A DNA stretch of 64,000 bases from an uncultured SAR86 cluster bacterium (GCA_902624425.1 CACNXK010000004.1:32547-96546), one strand, 5' to 3'; positions 14,494 through 25,286 are shown, counted from the first letter of the stretch. Notes: generated by a model from the sequence alone, not told the origin. A program made the numbers and translations.

Positions 14494-17183
14494 CCATCAT
14501 TTTCAATTAGAGGCTTAGCTTTTTTATACTTTATTTCTCTTGTTTCTTCGCCATTTGTAATTTTTACAAGCTCATTTCTGCCAATTTTTTCAGAAACAAT
14601 GACTTGCTCGGCTTTATGATTATTTTCTGAGCCTTGATCAATCTCAGACGGGCTATCATTTTTTTTCAGCTCAATGTTTTTCTCAGCATTTTTTAAATTC
14701 TCTTTTTCAATCTTTTCTATTTCTTCTTTTGTAGCAATTTGGATATTAAATAAGATCCTGATAGTTTCAGAGTTTATTTCATCAAGCATATTTTCGAACA
14801 TATTAAATGCTTCCCTTTTATACTCATTTTTTGGATTCTTTTGCGCATAAGCTCTTAATCCTACGCTTTGACGAAGATGATCCATTTCCGCGAGATGTTC
14901 TTTCCAATGTACATCAAGCACTTGAAGCATAATTTGTTTTTCCAAAAGCTTGCTTTGCTCACCTATATGTTCAAACTTTGATTTATACAAAGCTTTGGCT
15001 TCGGAAATAATAAGATTCTTAATCTCTTCAACACCCAAAGACTTATCATTTTCAATGACGGGTTTAAACTCTTTATTAAATTGAAAATTCTCCTTTAAGA
15101 ATTCATCAAGTTCTGAAGTTTTCCATTGTGATTCAACAGATTCAAATGGTATGAAAGAATATATTGAATTTTCAAAGCTTTCTTCAATAAGTCCCTGAAT
15201 TGTTTCTTCGATATTATCTTCTTCTAAAAGATCATTTCTTAGGGCGTAAATAGCAGTCCTTTGATCATTTGCTACATCATCATATTCAAGTAAGTTTTTT
15301 CTTATATCAAAGTTTCGGTTTTCTATTCTTTTCTGAGCATTTTCAATTCCTCGCGAAAGCATTTTATGCTCTATGTGATCATCTCCCATTCCTATTCTTT
15401 CAAATAGGGCCCTTCTACTATCTGTTATGAAAAGCCTTAATAGATCATCTTCAAGAGATAAGAAAAATTGTGAACTCCCTGGATCACCCTGTCTTCCAGA
15501 ACGTCCACGAAGTTGATTATCAATTCTTCTCGACTCATGTCTTTCGGTACCCAATATGCATAAGCCACCTGCATCAAGAACAGTTTTATGATTAGTTTCC
15601 CAATCTTTGTTGTCCTCTTTTTTCCCTCCAAGAACAATATCCGTTCCTCTACCAGCCATATTTGTTGCAATAGTAACTACTCCAGCCTTACCTGCATTTG
15701 CAATGACTTCTGCTTCTCTTTCATGCTGTTTTGCATTTAAAACCTGATGTGGGATATTTTTTTTCTTTAGAAGATTTGAAACTTCTTCAGATGATTCAAC
15801 TGAGACCGTTCCCACAAGAACCGGAACATTGCTTTGTCTAAGCTCTTCAATTTTTTTAATGAGAGCTTTGTATTTAGCAGATTTAGAAAGAAAGACTAGA
15901 TCGTCTTGATCATCTCTTATCATTTTTTTATTTGTTGGTATTACAACAACATTAAGACCATATATTTGATTAAACTCTAATGCTTCAGTATCTGCAGTTC
16001 CAGTCATGCCGGATAAGGTGCCAAAAAGCCTAAAGAAATTTTGAAAGGTGGTAGATGCAAGTGTTTGAGACTCTCTTTGAATAGTTACATTTTCCTTGCA
16101 TTCAAGTGCTTGATGAACACCTTCAGATATTCTTCTTCCAGGCATACTTCTTCCAGTATGTTCATCGATTAATACAACCTCACCATTTCTTACAAGATAG
16201 TGAACATTTTTGTTATATAAAAAATTTGCTCTTAGAGTGGCTTGAACAAATCTCATTATCTTAATATTTGATACAGAATAGAGATTTCCAGAACTAGACA
16301 ATATATCCATATCCTCTAAGAGAGATTCAACTAACATATAACCTTCATCTGTAAGGTCAATATTTCTATTTTTTTCATCAATTATGTAATGACCAATTTC
16401 ATTCTCCTCTAAGGGTTCTTCTTCAGTCTCTTCTCTCAACTGCCTCTTTAGTTTGGGGACAATTGACTTAATATGTGAATAAATCTCTGAACTTTCATTG
16501 CTAGGACCAGAAATAATAAGAGGTGTTCTTGCTTCATCAATTAAAATTGAGTCAACTTCATCGACAATTGCAAAATCAAGTGAACACTGAACTCTATCTT
16601 CAGCTCTGAGAGCCATGTTATCTCTTAAATAATCAAACCCAAGCTCATTATTTGTGGCATATATGACATCACAGTCATAGGCAGTTGCCTTCTCACTTAG
16701 CTCTTGACCAGAATAAATAACACCTACAGAAAGACCTAAAAATTCATAAATAGGTCGCATCCATTCTGCATCCCTCTTTGCAAGATAGTCATTTACAGTA
16801 ACCAAGATCACCTTATTACCCATGGCAGAATTAAGGAAAGTTGGAAGTGTAGCTACAAGTGTCTTTCCTTCACCAGTTTTCATCTCTGCTATATTTCCCT
16901 CTGCAAGAGCAATTCCTCCAAGCATTTGAGCATCAAAATGTCTCAGACCAATAGTTCGTTTACCAGCTTCTCTAACAGCAGCAAAAGCTTCAGGAAGTAT
17001 CGAGTATAAGTCATTATTTTGGGAGAACTTTGCAGATAAATCTGATTTTAATTCACTATAGAAGCTATCTTCTTTAGAGCTATAATCTTCATCCAAGCTG
17101 TTGATGGCATCAACAAACTTTTGCATCCTTTTTAGATTTCTATCGTTACTTGTTCCAAAGATTTTGCCAATAAAGCCAAACAT
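14478..17183 (-). CDS. secA: preprotein translocase ATPase SecA
   Basis: MKTGEGKTL, DEVDSILIDEARTPLIISG, ATNMAGRGTDI, ESRRIDNQLRGRSGRQGDPG. Confidence 0.99.
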   Translation of the reverse strand: MFGFIGKIFGTSNDRNLKRMQKFVDAINSLDEDYSSKEDSFYSELKSDLSAKFSQNNDLYSILPEAFAAVREAGKRTIGLRHFDAQMLGGIALAEGNIAEMKTGEGKTLVATLPTFLNSAMGNKVILVTVNDYLAKRDAEWMRPIYEFLGLSVGVIYSGQELSEKATAYDCDVIYATNNELGFDYLRDNMALRAEDRVQCSLDFAIVDEVDSILIDEARTPLIISGPSNESSEIYSHIKSIVPKLKRQLREETEEEPLEENEIGHYIIDEKNRNIDLTDEGYMLVESLLEDMDILSSSGNLYSVSNIKIMRFVQATLRANFLYNKNVHYLVRNGEVVLIDEHTGRSMPGRRISEGVHQALECKENVTIQRESQTLASTTFQNFFRLFGTLSGMTGTADTEALEFNQIYGLNVVVIPTNKKMIRDDQDDLVFLSKSAKYKALIKKIEELRQSNVPVLVGTVSVESSEEVSNLLKKKNIPHQVLNAKQHEREAEVIANAGKAGVVTIATNMAGRGTDIVLGGKKEDNKDWETNHKTVLDAGGLCILGTERHESRRIDNQLRGRSGRQGDPGSSQFFLSLEDDLLRLFITDSRRALFERIGMGDDHIEHKMLSRGIENAQKRIENRNFDIRKNLLEYDDVANDQRTAIYALRNDLLEEDNIEETIQGLIEESFENSIYSFIPFESVESQWKTSELDEFLKENFQFNKEFKPVIENDKSLGVEEIKNLIISEAKALYKSKFEHIGEQSKLLEKQIMLQVLDVHWKEHLAEMDHLRQSVGLRAYAQKNPKNEYKREAFNMFENMLDEINSETIRILFNIQIATKEEIEKIEKENLKNAEKNIELKKNDSPSEIDQGSENNHKAEQVIVSEKIGRNELVKITNGEETREIKYKKAKPLIENDGWRIV

Positions 17184-17191
17184 TTTTTATT

Positions 17192-18106
17192 CTAGAGACC
17201 TTCGAAAGGCGGCCTGACATATGAAATTGGAGCCTCATCAATATTATCAAACTCAATTATCTCAAAAGCATCATCTGTTTCGCTGATCTTTCTTAGTAAA
17301 CTATTATTTAATGCATGACCTGACTTATAACCAACATATTGCCCAATAAGGTTATGACCCAGAAGATAAAGATCTCCGATTGCATCCAGAATCTTATGTT
17401 TGACAAACTCGTCGTCAAAGCGAAGACCTTCTTCATTGATAATTTCTTCCTCTCCAATATTAATTGCGTTTGCAACACTGGCACCTAATGCTAAATTCTG
17501 TTTTTGCAACATTTCAACATCTTTATTAAAACCAAAAGTTCTTGCTCTGCAAACTTCTCTTACAAAAGAGGTTGATGAGAAATCGATTGTTGATTCGGCA
17601 GGGAATCTTCTTTGTACAGGATGGTTGAAGTCAATTGAAAATGAAACTTTGAAACCATCAAATGGTTTTATAAATGCAAATGCATCATCTCGCTCAACTC
17701 TTACTTCCTTTAAAACCTTTATAAATTTCTTTTTTTCATTTTGATCAGCAATACCAGCAGCCTGGAGAAGGAAAACAAAAGGACCAGCGCTTCCATCCAT
17801 AATTGGCATCTCAGGCCCATCAACTTCAATTAGACAATTATCTATACCAAGCCCAGCAATTGCTGATAAGAGGTGCTCTATTGTTGATATTTTATGCTCA
17901 CCTGATCCTAGCGTAGTAGATAATGTTGTGAAACCTACTTCACTAGCAGTAGCATGGATTTCAAGATGCGGTTTTAGGTCAGTCCTTACGAATCGAATTC
18001 CAGTATTTGCATCAGCAGGATGGAGCTCAATATTAACCTGTTTTCCGGAATGAAGCCCTATCCCTGAAGCTTTTATGGAATTTCTAAGTGTCCTTTGTTT
18101 TAGCAT
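17192..18106 (-). CDS. lpxC: UDP-3-O-acyl-GlcNAc deacetylase
   Basis: [29 protein letters not shown]. Confidence 0.98.
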   Translation of the reverse strand: MLKQRTLRNSIKASGIGLHSGKQVNIELHPADANTGIRFVRTDLKPHLEIHATASEVGFTTLSTTLGSGEHKISTIEHLLSAIAGLGIDNCLIEVDGPEMPIMDGSAGPFVFLLQAAGIADQNEKKKFIKVLKEVRVERDDAFAFIKPFDGFKVSFSIDFNHPVQRRFPAESTIDFSSTSFVREVCRARTFGFNKDVEMLQKQNLALGASVANAINIGEEEIINEEGLRFDDEFVKHKILDAIGDLYLLGHNLIGQYVGYKSGHALNNSLLRKISETDDAFEIIEFDNIDEAPISYVRPPFEGL

Positions 18107-18134
18107 TGATAAAGTCTAATCTAATATATATTTT

Positions 18135-18848
18135 CTAGCCATTAATTTTTTTTATTTCACTTAAAGCTATTCCTGCTGCAACAGCAACATTTAAGCTGTT
18201 TATTTTATCATTTCTAACTAAATTTATTTTATGGTCGCAATTTAAAAGCGTTTTTTCTCTTATGCCTTTTTCTTCAGATCCCAATACGAGTGCAACTTTA
18301 GAAAAACTTAGCTGATCAATTGTTTGATCAGAGTGTTCACTTAAACCAATAACCTCAATTCCAAAACTCTGAAGAGCTTTTAGACAGTTTATAAGATTAG
18401 AAACCATATAAACTTTTAACAAATCCGAACCTCCGCTGGATGTTCTATGAACAACTTCGGTTATGGGAGAGCAGTGATTTTTATTAATAATTATTCCATC
18501 AACCCCATAAATTGCAGCAGATCTCATGATTGCACCCATATTTCTTGGATCTATCACGTTATCTAAAACTACAAATGTCGCTATCCTATCAGAAAGGTTT
18601 CCTAAATAACTTTTAAGATCTTTTAGGTCACCAATATCCATCAAGGAAACAATCGCTTGAGGATTTTTTTTGATTTTCTTTGATCTTTCTATAGCAATAT
18701 CATTTTCAGAGCATGCTTGAACCAATTTAAGCATTCTGACATCTTCTCTTGCCTCAGGAATAATGACTTTTTTAATAACTTCTGGCTTATTTTTTAAAAG
18801 AATTTCGATTGAATGAAAGCCTTCTCTAATTTTGTTATCAGTTTTCAT
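18135..18848 (-). CDS. rlmB: 23S rRNA Gm2251 methyltransferase (SpoU family)
   Basis: LDNVIDPRNMGAIMRSA, LVLGSEEKG, SLNVAVA; downstream of rnr. Confidence 0.88.
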   Translation of the reverse strand: MKTDNKIREGFHSIEILLKNKPEVIKKVIIPEAREDVRMLKLVQACSENDIAIERSKKIKKNPQAIVSLMDIGDLKDLKSYLGNLSDRIATFVVLDNVIDPRNMGAIMRSAAIYGVDGIIINKNHCSPITEVVHRTSSGGSDLLKVYMVSNLINCLKALQSFGIEVIGLSEHSDQTIDQLSFSKVALVLGSEEKGIREKTLLNCDHKINLVRNDKINSLNVAVAAGIALSEIKKING

Positions 18849-20317
18849 TATTTATTTTTAGATAATATTATCTTTCTTTCTTCAGGAATAACTGCATCAA
18901 TCCTCACATTGAATTGATCGCCTATCTTAAATGTTTTTCCAGACCTTTTACCCTTCAGTATATTATTTCTCTCACTATATACATAATGATCATCTTTGAG
19001 GTCTGATACATGCATTAGGCCAGAAACAAAAAAGCCTTCTAACTCACAAAACACCCCAAAATGAGTTACTCCAACAACCCTTGCCGGCAAAACATTTCCA
19101 ACCTTATCTTTTAAGAAAAAACAAATTAATTGCTGGGATACTTGCCTAGATGACTTTTCGGCTCTTTTTTCTAAATTAGATAAGTTAACGCATTCTTCCT
19201 CAAAAGCCTCTTCATCAAAATTTATTTTTTCTTTCTTTAAAACTGATTTAATGAGTCTATGAATTATTAGATCTGGATATCGCCTAATTGGTGATGTGAA
19301 ATGAGAATACTCCTCAAGCTGAAGGCCAAAGTGACCAGATTTCTTTGAGGAATAAATCGCCCTAGGAAGCCCTTGCAAAATTAGGCTTTGAAGAGAAGTT
19401 GCATTCTCACTTCTTTTTGTAAGCTCAATACATCTTTGGAGTAAAATTATTGGATCATCAGATTTTTTTAATCCTAAGCTTTGGAACTTTTCAAAAAGCG
19501 CCAATAACTTGTCTGCATCCGGCCTATCATGAAATCTATTTATTGATATTTTTAATGAGCTTTTCACAAACATAATTGCGCATATGTTTGCAGCTATCAT
19601 AGCTTCCTCAATCATCTGATGCGCAAACATTCTTTTTGAAAGGTTTATTGATTCAACCTCTCCCATATTATTAATTTTTAGCATTGGTTCGCCTGATTCA
19701 ATTTCTAAAGCATTTCTTCTGGCACGTTTATCCAAAAGAGTAATAGTCAATTCTTTGAGAGCATTGATTGATTCATTGACATTTTTTGAAGCAATCTGTT
19801 TCTTCTCTAAAATAGCTTCCTCAACTTGTTTGTATGTCAGCCTAAATTTTGATTCAATCTTAGCTTCATAAAAATCATAATTCTTAATTTCACCATCATC
19901 ATCAAAAGTTATATCTGAAACAACAACATTCCTTATTTTATTTGGTACAAGAGAACATAAGTCGTTACTTATTTCTTCTGGCAACATGGGTATAACAGTA
20001 TTTGGGAAATAAATAGAAGTTCCTCTTTCTTTTGCTGCCTTATCTATTGCACTCCCAGGCCTAACAAGGCTACTTACATCAGCTATTGCAACTGATAATT
20101 TATATCCTGTCTTTAATTTCTTGCAAAGTACTGCATCATCAAAATCTTTTGCATCTTTACCGTCAATAGTTACAAAATCTGACTCTGACAAGTCTTTCCT
20201 ATCTAAATTTTTTTCAAGCTGCAATCCAGTTACCTCATTTTTTACTGATCTTGACCAAGTATGTGGGATTTGATTTTCTTCTAAGATTTGATCAATAGAG
20301 TATTCTAAGAAATTCAC
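18848..20317 (-). CDS. rnr: RNase R/II family exoribonuclease (RNB + S1 domains only)
   Basis: TIDGKDAKDFDDA, HFGL..YSHFTSPIRRYPDL, C-terminal S1 domain; upstream of rlmB; GTG start. Confidence 0.88.
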   Translation of the reverse strand: MNFLEYSIDQILEENQIPHTWSRSVKNEVTGLQLEKNLDRKDLSESDFVTIDGKDAKDFDDAVLCKKLKTGYKLSVAIADVSSLVRPGSAIDKAAKERGTSIYFPNTVIPMLPEEISNDLCSLVPNKIRNVVVSDITFDDDGEIKNYDFYEAKIESKFRLTYKQVEEAILEKKQIASKNVNESINALKELTITLLDKRARRNALEIESGEPMLKINNMGEVESINLSKRMFAHQMIEEAMIAANICAIMFVKSSLKISINRFHDRPDADKLLALFEKFQSLGLKKSDDPIILLQRCIELTKRSENATSLQSLILQGLPRAIYSSKKSGHFGLQLEEYSHFTSPIRRYPDLIIHRLIKSVLKKEKINFDEEAFEEECVNLSNLEKRAEKSSRQVSQQLICFFLKDKVGNVLPARVVGVTHFGVFCELEGFFVSGLMHVSDLKDDHYVYSERNNILKGKRSGKTFKIGDQFNVRIDAVIPEERKIILSKNK

Positions 20318-20341
20318 TAATTTGCTCGTGCTATTTTGAGG

Positions 20342-22924
20342 TTAAAAATTATATTCCAGATTTAGATTTACAAGTCTTCCACGAGGATCATGAACTCTTG
20401 TATCAAAGCTGAAATCGGGAGCATCGTACAATCTAGGAGCAGATTCATCTAGCGCATTAATTATTGCAATACCAAAATTGATATTGCCTTCATTAAGATC
20501 TATTGTTTTTTTGGCTGAGATATCAAAAACCAAAAAGGAATCAACTTTATTCTCATATCCTAGACTTGCTCCAAGACCTGTTATTGGTCTCTCATTAGTA
20601 TATCCATCTATATACCTTGTAATTAAACTGAAAAGATAATCCTTATGTTCCCAATCTATGAAAGCATTCAAGCGTTTCTTTGGAAGAGAGTGGGTGTGTG
20701 AATCATAATTAAATTTACCAACCCTGTTAATCATTTTTGAAACACCGTCTGAAGAAATTTGCGGTGTTAGGAACTCATCAAATACGGTTCCTTTAACTCT
20801 AAGGTTTATTGGTGAGTAATTTTTTAACTCAAACATATAGTCAAATTGAAAATCTGTACCGCTTATTTTTGTATTTTCCTCATTGAAATACGTTGTCGTT
20901 ACGCCAATAAGATCACCAAATTCATTTCTTGTAATACTTGGACCAAAAGGATCTTGAGTTAACAGGGCTTGAGCACTTTCAACTTCAATACGATCCTCAT
21001 AATCAACTTCCCAGTAATCGATTGAAAGCTTATAACTATCTTTTTGGAAAATTAATCCAAAATTTTGATTAGATGATGTTGAGGGTTTTAAGTCTGGATT
21101 ACCAATCGAAGCTTGCCTAACAAATACTGAGTCATCGATATCTCTCACGCTACCAAGATTAATCTGGCTTGAGAACATTTGAGCCATAGATGGAGCTGAA
21201 AATGCACTACCTCTTGAAAATCTTAACGTCAAAGATTCATTAAGGTTGTATTTCATGGATAATTTTGGATCAAATGAAGATTCGTTTTTCATTTGTTCAT
21301 AGCGTCCTGCAATTCTTATATCAAGTGCTTCAAAGAACCTCCTTTCAGCCTCAACAAAAAGCGCTTTACCATTTCTACTTTTTGATACATTTTTTCCTCC
21401 GCCAAGAAAGAAGAGGTCAGCTGTTTTGATGAGTTTGCCATCAGTATCAAATTCAGCCCGACTAACCTCATCATAAAATATATCGAGGCTCTCATTATTA
21501 ATTTGAAATCCATAAGCATATTTAATATTTTTAATTTCTGCTCTGAAAATACCATTAAGACTTAGTAGATCAGCACTTTTATTTGACACCTCAGCACCTC
21601 TTACAAAATCTATTAGTGATTGAGAATTTTGAGATGAATCAAATATATTCCACATTTCATCACCGTTAGGGCCGCCATTTCCTTGAATTGCAGCTAAGAA
21701 TCTTGAATCAATAATATCGGGTCTGTAATGAAAATTTGTGTGTTCACTTTTGGTTAATGAGATTTCAGCTTCCGTTTGATTAGCTAACTCAAAGTATGTA
21801 GTTACCCCAAAATGTTTTTGCTCAATATCTTTTGGAGAGTAAGGGGATTTATATTCAGCTCCAAGTGGTCTTCCATACCAAACAACCGGAACATTAAATG
21901 GACTTCCACCTTCACCAGGCAGAATGCTTCGGGATAGAAAAGGAAGTGCAGGATAGGAGGGTGATTGGGGATTATCATTTACATTCACATTTGAAGATAT
22001 AAAAGTGAAATTTATATCTACTAAATTATTATCTGAATAGAGGTTTATGTAATTTTTCTTATGACTTTCATCATTTACGATATTGAATCTTTCGCCATAA
22101 AGAAACCTGCAAAATGATCCATCAAGAATGCCTCCATTACTTTCACAGTTTGGATCAGGCACGAATGTTGTTTGGTTTGGATAATCTCCAGCATAAATTC
22201 CTGATTCAATAGTATCTGGGCCTAAAAGTTTAAAAGTTTTACCGAGGCCACTTAATCCAAGCTCTGCAATGCCAGGTATTTCCTTAGCTGAGAGAGGTGA
22301 CCTTTCTAATCTGTTATGCCCAACAACATAATTAATATTTCTAAATTTTCCGCCATAAAGCAATCCGATAGTGTCATCATTCTGGTCATAGTTTGAAGTA
22401 GACTGCCTTCCAGCTTTGATTCTTAAACCATCAAACTCTCGATAGGTTATAAAATTAACAACTCCGGCAATTGCATCTGAACCGTAAGTTGATGTTGCGC
22501 CTTCCTTTAAGATTTCTGTTCTCTCTAAAGCTATCTCTGGAACTATATTTATATCAATATATCCTTCGCCTTCATTTGAGGGTGTTCCAGCAAACGTATG
22601 CCTTTTAGAATTAATTAATATTAGGGTTGAGGCTTGCTCAAGCCCCCTTAAAGTTAAGGAGGCCATCCCCTGATCAACACCCTCGAGGGCATTGGATTGA
22701 AATCTTGAACCTGAACTTATATTTAGATATTTACTAATCTCTGCAACATTAGTTATATTCAGTTGGCCATATTCCTCTGAAGTAATTACTTCAATTGGAG
22801 ATGAATCATCTTCTAGTACTTTGATGAGACTACCAGTTACAACAACTTCCTCTATATCTGCTTCAATAAATTGAAACAAAAATAAATATATAGTTAAAAG
22901 AGAAAAAAAATATTTTTTGTTCAT
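20342..22924 (-). CDS. TonB-dependent receptor, substrate unknown
   Basis: Signal peptide, IEEVVVTGS TonB box, plug motif EILKEGATSTYGSDAIAGVVNFIT, C-terminal LEYNF. Confidence 0.93.
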   Translation of the reverse strand: MNKKYFFSLLTIYLFLFQFIEADIEEVVVTGSLIKVLEDDSSPIEVITSEEYGQLNITNVAEISKYLNISSGSRFQSNALEGVDQGMASLTLRGLEQASTLILINSKRHTFAGTPSNEGEGYIDINIVPEIALERTEILKEGATSTYGSDAIAGVVNFITYREFDGLRIKAGRQSTSNYDQNDDTIGLLYGGKFRNINYVVGHNRLERSPLSAKEIPGIAELGLSGLGKTFKLLGPDTIESGIYAGDYPNQTTFVPDPNCESNGGILDGSFCRFLYGERFNIVNDESHKKNYINLYSDNNLVDINFTFISSNVNVNDNPQSPSYPALPFLSRSILPGEGGSPFNVPVVWYGRPLGAEYKSPYSPKDIEQKHFGVTTYFELANQTEAEISLTKSEHTNFHYRPDIIDSRFLAAIQGNGGPNGDEMWNIFDSSQNSQSLIDFVRGAEVSNKSADLLSLNGIFRAEIKNIKYAYGFQINNESLDIFYDEVSRAEFDTDGKLIKTADLFFLGGGKNVSKSRNGKALFVEAERRFFEALDIRIAGRYEQMKNESSFDPKLSMKYNLNESLTLRFSRGSAFSAPSMAQMFSSQINLGSVRDIDDSVFVRQASIGNPDLKPSTSSNQNFGLIFQKDSYKLSIDYWEVDYEDRIEVESAQALLTQDPFGPSITRNEFGDLIGVTTTYFNEENTKISGTDFQFDYMFELKNYSPINLRVKGTVFDEFLTPQISSDGVSKMINRVGKFNYDSHTHSLPKKRLNAFIDWEHKDYLFSLITRYIDGYTNERPITGLGASLGYENKVDSFLVFDISAKKTIDLNEGNINFGIAIINALDESAPRLYDAPDFSFDTRVHDPRGRLVNLNLEYNF

Positions 22925-22975
22925 TAAAATTGTTTGAATATGAGCATTATAGGTTTAGAAATTTATTTTATAAAT

Positions 22976-23001
22976 AAAAAAGCCCCTAAAAAGGGGCTTT
23001 T
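22976..23001. terminator. intrinsic terminator after the His-rich receptor (bidirectional shape)
   Basis: AAAAAAGCCCCT-AAAA-AGGGGCTTTT. Confidence 0.85.
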
Positions 23002-23017
23002 AATTAATGCTTAGATC

Positions 23018-25282
23018 TTAAAAAGTTAAGTTAAATCTTATTCCATAATTCCTTCCAGGAAGAGGAACTTGATTTTTAACAAATGATGAATGATTTCTTG
23101 CAACTTCGTCTAGAAGATTATTTGCAAAAACAGAAACCCTAAGAGAGTTACCATTTAAATCAAATGTTTTTACAAGTTTCGTGTCTAACATTTGATACCC
23201 CATTGTTGGAGTCTCTTCTTCAGCCACATCCGTTTGATCATCAACATCTTTAAAACTTAGATCAAAGAGGTAATCGTTAGCAAAATATTTTACTGAATAA
23301 ATATTTCTTGCTGGGCTTAGTCTTGGAATGTTCATTCCATCAGCTAGAGAGCCATTAACAACATCTCTTCCAAAAGAAACCTCTAAATCACCGTTATCAA
23401 GGTTAAAGATTCTCCCAATTTCAAGCTCATATCCATCCAACTCAGCATTTTGTTGCATGTAATTTGCTTCAATTAATCCTTCAGCATGACCATGCTCATC
23501 ATGATCATCATCTTCACTCATAGCTCCCATGTGATCATCGTGATCATCTTCATCATGAATATCCATCAGGTAAACATAATTATCAACATCATTTCTAAAT
23601 ATTGTTGCCGAAGCAAAGAAGTTATCGCTCGAATAGCTTAGAGCAATATCGATGTTATTAGATGTCTCAGTTGCTAGATTTACATCTCCAGTCTCAAATC
23701 TGCCTGTTGCCAAGTGAGGACCATTCATGAAAAGCTCTACAACTGATGGAGCTCTCTCAACGCTTGAATAAGCAAAATTTAGATCCCAATTATCATTGAT
23801 TGGTCTACATAGGTCGATTGCAAAGCTTAAATTGTTTGAGCTAAAGGAATAGTTTTCTGTTTCTTCCTCTTCTTCGTGCTCATCATGATCTTCGTCTTCA
23901 TCATGGTGATCTTCTTCATGATGACCAGTTACAGAACCATTAGTATCTATTTGGTCATAACGAATACCAAAACTTAACTCAAATAGATCAAAATCTCTTC
24001 TTGCAAAATAACCAAGCGTTAATTCTTCTCTATCAGCAGGGTTCATAAAAGCTTCTTCGCCAATTATTGAGACTGTTTCATCAGAAATATTTAAAGAAAC
24101 TTTTTGAGTCATTAGATCATTTGATAAATCAAAAATCATTCCATACTCTGAAGAATCATTTGTGAAAGTAGTTGGACCTTCTTCACCATGTCCATGATCA
24201 TCATGATCTTCATCGCTATGATCTTCATCACCATGCTCTTCCTCAGCATGCTGTTCAGTATGGGAATAATCTGAGTCCTGAAGGAAAAAGTCTAAGTTTT
24301 TAATTAGATCGTTATCTACTGCTACTGAACCTCGAATAGTGAACTTATCAGAGTCAGTGTTTGAGAAGATTCTCTCTTCTTCATGCTCATCATGACCTTC
24401 TTCTTCATCACCGTGTTCATCTCCATGATCATCATGTCCTTCATGACCTTCTCCATGATATGGCACTCCAAAAAGACTTTCTGAACTTGAAAAGGAAAGA
24501 CCTACATATCCCCAATCTGCAACCTTAGAAACACCAAATCTTGTTGCTTCTTGTGCAGAGTCAGAATTTTCAAGGAATCCCATATCTTCTTCATGTTCAT
24601 CATGATCTCCATCCTCATCATGATCTTCATCTTCATCATGATGTTCTTCCTCATGAAGAATTGCACCATCTGGAACATCATAATTTCCAAAAGAAGAATC
24701 ACTGTATGAGAAATACACATTCAATCCACCCAAGTTATCCTTAACAGAAAAACTTTGAGCATCTCCAGAATTTACAGATTGTGTCTCAAGACCTAACTTT
24801 AATACTCTATCAACAACATCTTCCATTGCGATTGTGTTATCAACAATGTTCACAATTCCGCCTGTAACACCATTGGCATATAACAATGAGGACGGACCGC
24901 GGACAACTTCTATTTGCTGAATATCACTAAGATCAACTTCATTTTTATGATCAGCACCGATTCCAGCAACATCCCTGTTTACTAGACCATTAGTTAAGAT
25001 TTTAACTCTTGAGCCACTTAGACCTCTGATTATTGGTTGACCAACTGCTGATCCATAATCTGCAGACGATACACCAACCAAGGAATCCAAAGCTTCACCT
25101 AAACTAACAGTTCCCAAATCAGAAATATCAGAACCGCTTAAGATATGAAGCGGATCTCCAATTTCATCCTCAGTAACATTTAGTAGCGAGGCTTGAACTA
25201 CAACCTCTTCGACTTCATCCGAATGTATGAAGTTTGCTGAGAAAATACCTAGCATTGCTAGTATTAATAATTTATTTTTCAT
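23018..25282 (-). CDS. His/acidic-rich TonB-dependent receptor, ZnuD-like metal uptake
   Basis: Signal peptide, VEEVVVQA, GQPIIRGLSGSRV, EVVRGPSSLLY, ELFMNGPHLATGRFETG, ARNHSSFVK..PLPGRN..F; five H/E/D-rich inserts. Confidence 0.9.
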   Translation of the reverse strand: MKNKLLILAMLGIFSANFIHSDEVEEVVVQASLLNVTEDEIGDPLHILSGSDISDLGTVSLGEALDSLVGVSSADYGSAVGQPIIRGLSGSRVKILTNGLVNRDVAGIGADHKNEVDLSDIQQIEVVRGPSSLLYANGVTGGIVNIVDNTIAMEDVVDRVLKLGLETQSVNSGDAQSFSVKDNLGGLNVYFSYSDSSFGNYDVPDGAILHEEEHHDEDEDHDEDGDHDEHEEDMGFLENSDSAQEATRFGVSKVADWGYVGLSFSSSESLFGVPYHGEGHEGHDDHGDEHGDEEEGHDEHEEERIFSNTDSDKFTIRGSVAVDNDLIKNLDFFLQDSDYSHTEQHAEEEHGDEDHSDEDHDDHGHGEEGPTTFTNDSSEYGMIFDLSNDLMTQKVSLNISDETVSIIGEEAFMNPADREELTLGYFARRDFDLFELSFGIRYDQIDTNGSVTGHHEEDHHDEDEDHDEHEEEEETENYSFSSNNLSFAIDLCRPINDNWDLNFAYSSVERAPSVVELFMNGPHLATGRFETGDVNLATETSNNIDIALSYSSDNFFASATIFRNDVDNYVYLMDIHDEDDHDDHMGAMSEDDDHDEHGHAEGLIEANYMQQNAELDGYELEIGRIFNLDNGDLEVSFGRDVVNGSLADGMNIPRLSPARNIYSVKYFANDYLFDLSFKDVDDQTDVAEEETPTMGYQMLDTKLVKTFDLNGNSLRVSVFANNLLDEVARNHSSFVKNQVPLPGRNYGIRFNLTF

Positions 25283-25286
25283 GTTT

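Noticed and set aside
17184-17191. Absence of secM between lpxC and secA
   Set aside because: secM has a narrow distribution, so its absence here is expected
23480-24655. Repetitive TCATCATGATCTTC-like tracts as a CRISPR array or tandem repeat
   Set aside because: No constant repeat-spacer period; fully explained by in-frame H/D/E codons
24541-24744. His-rich 67-aa ORF on the + strand
   Set aside because: It is the antisense shadow of the CAT/GAT/GAA triplet runs in the receptor's His/Asp loops
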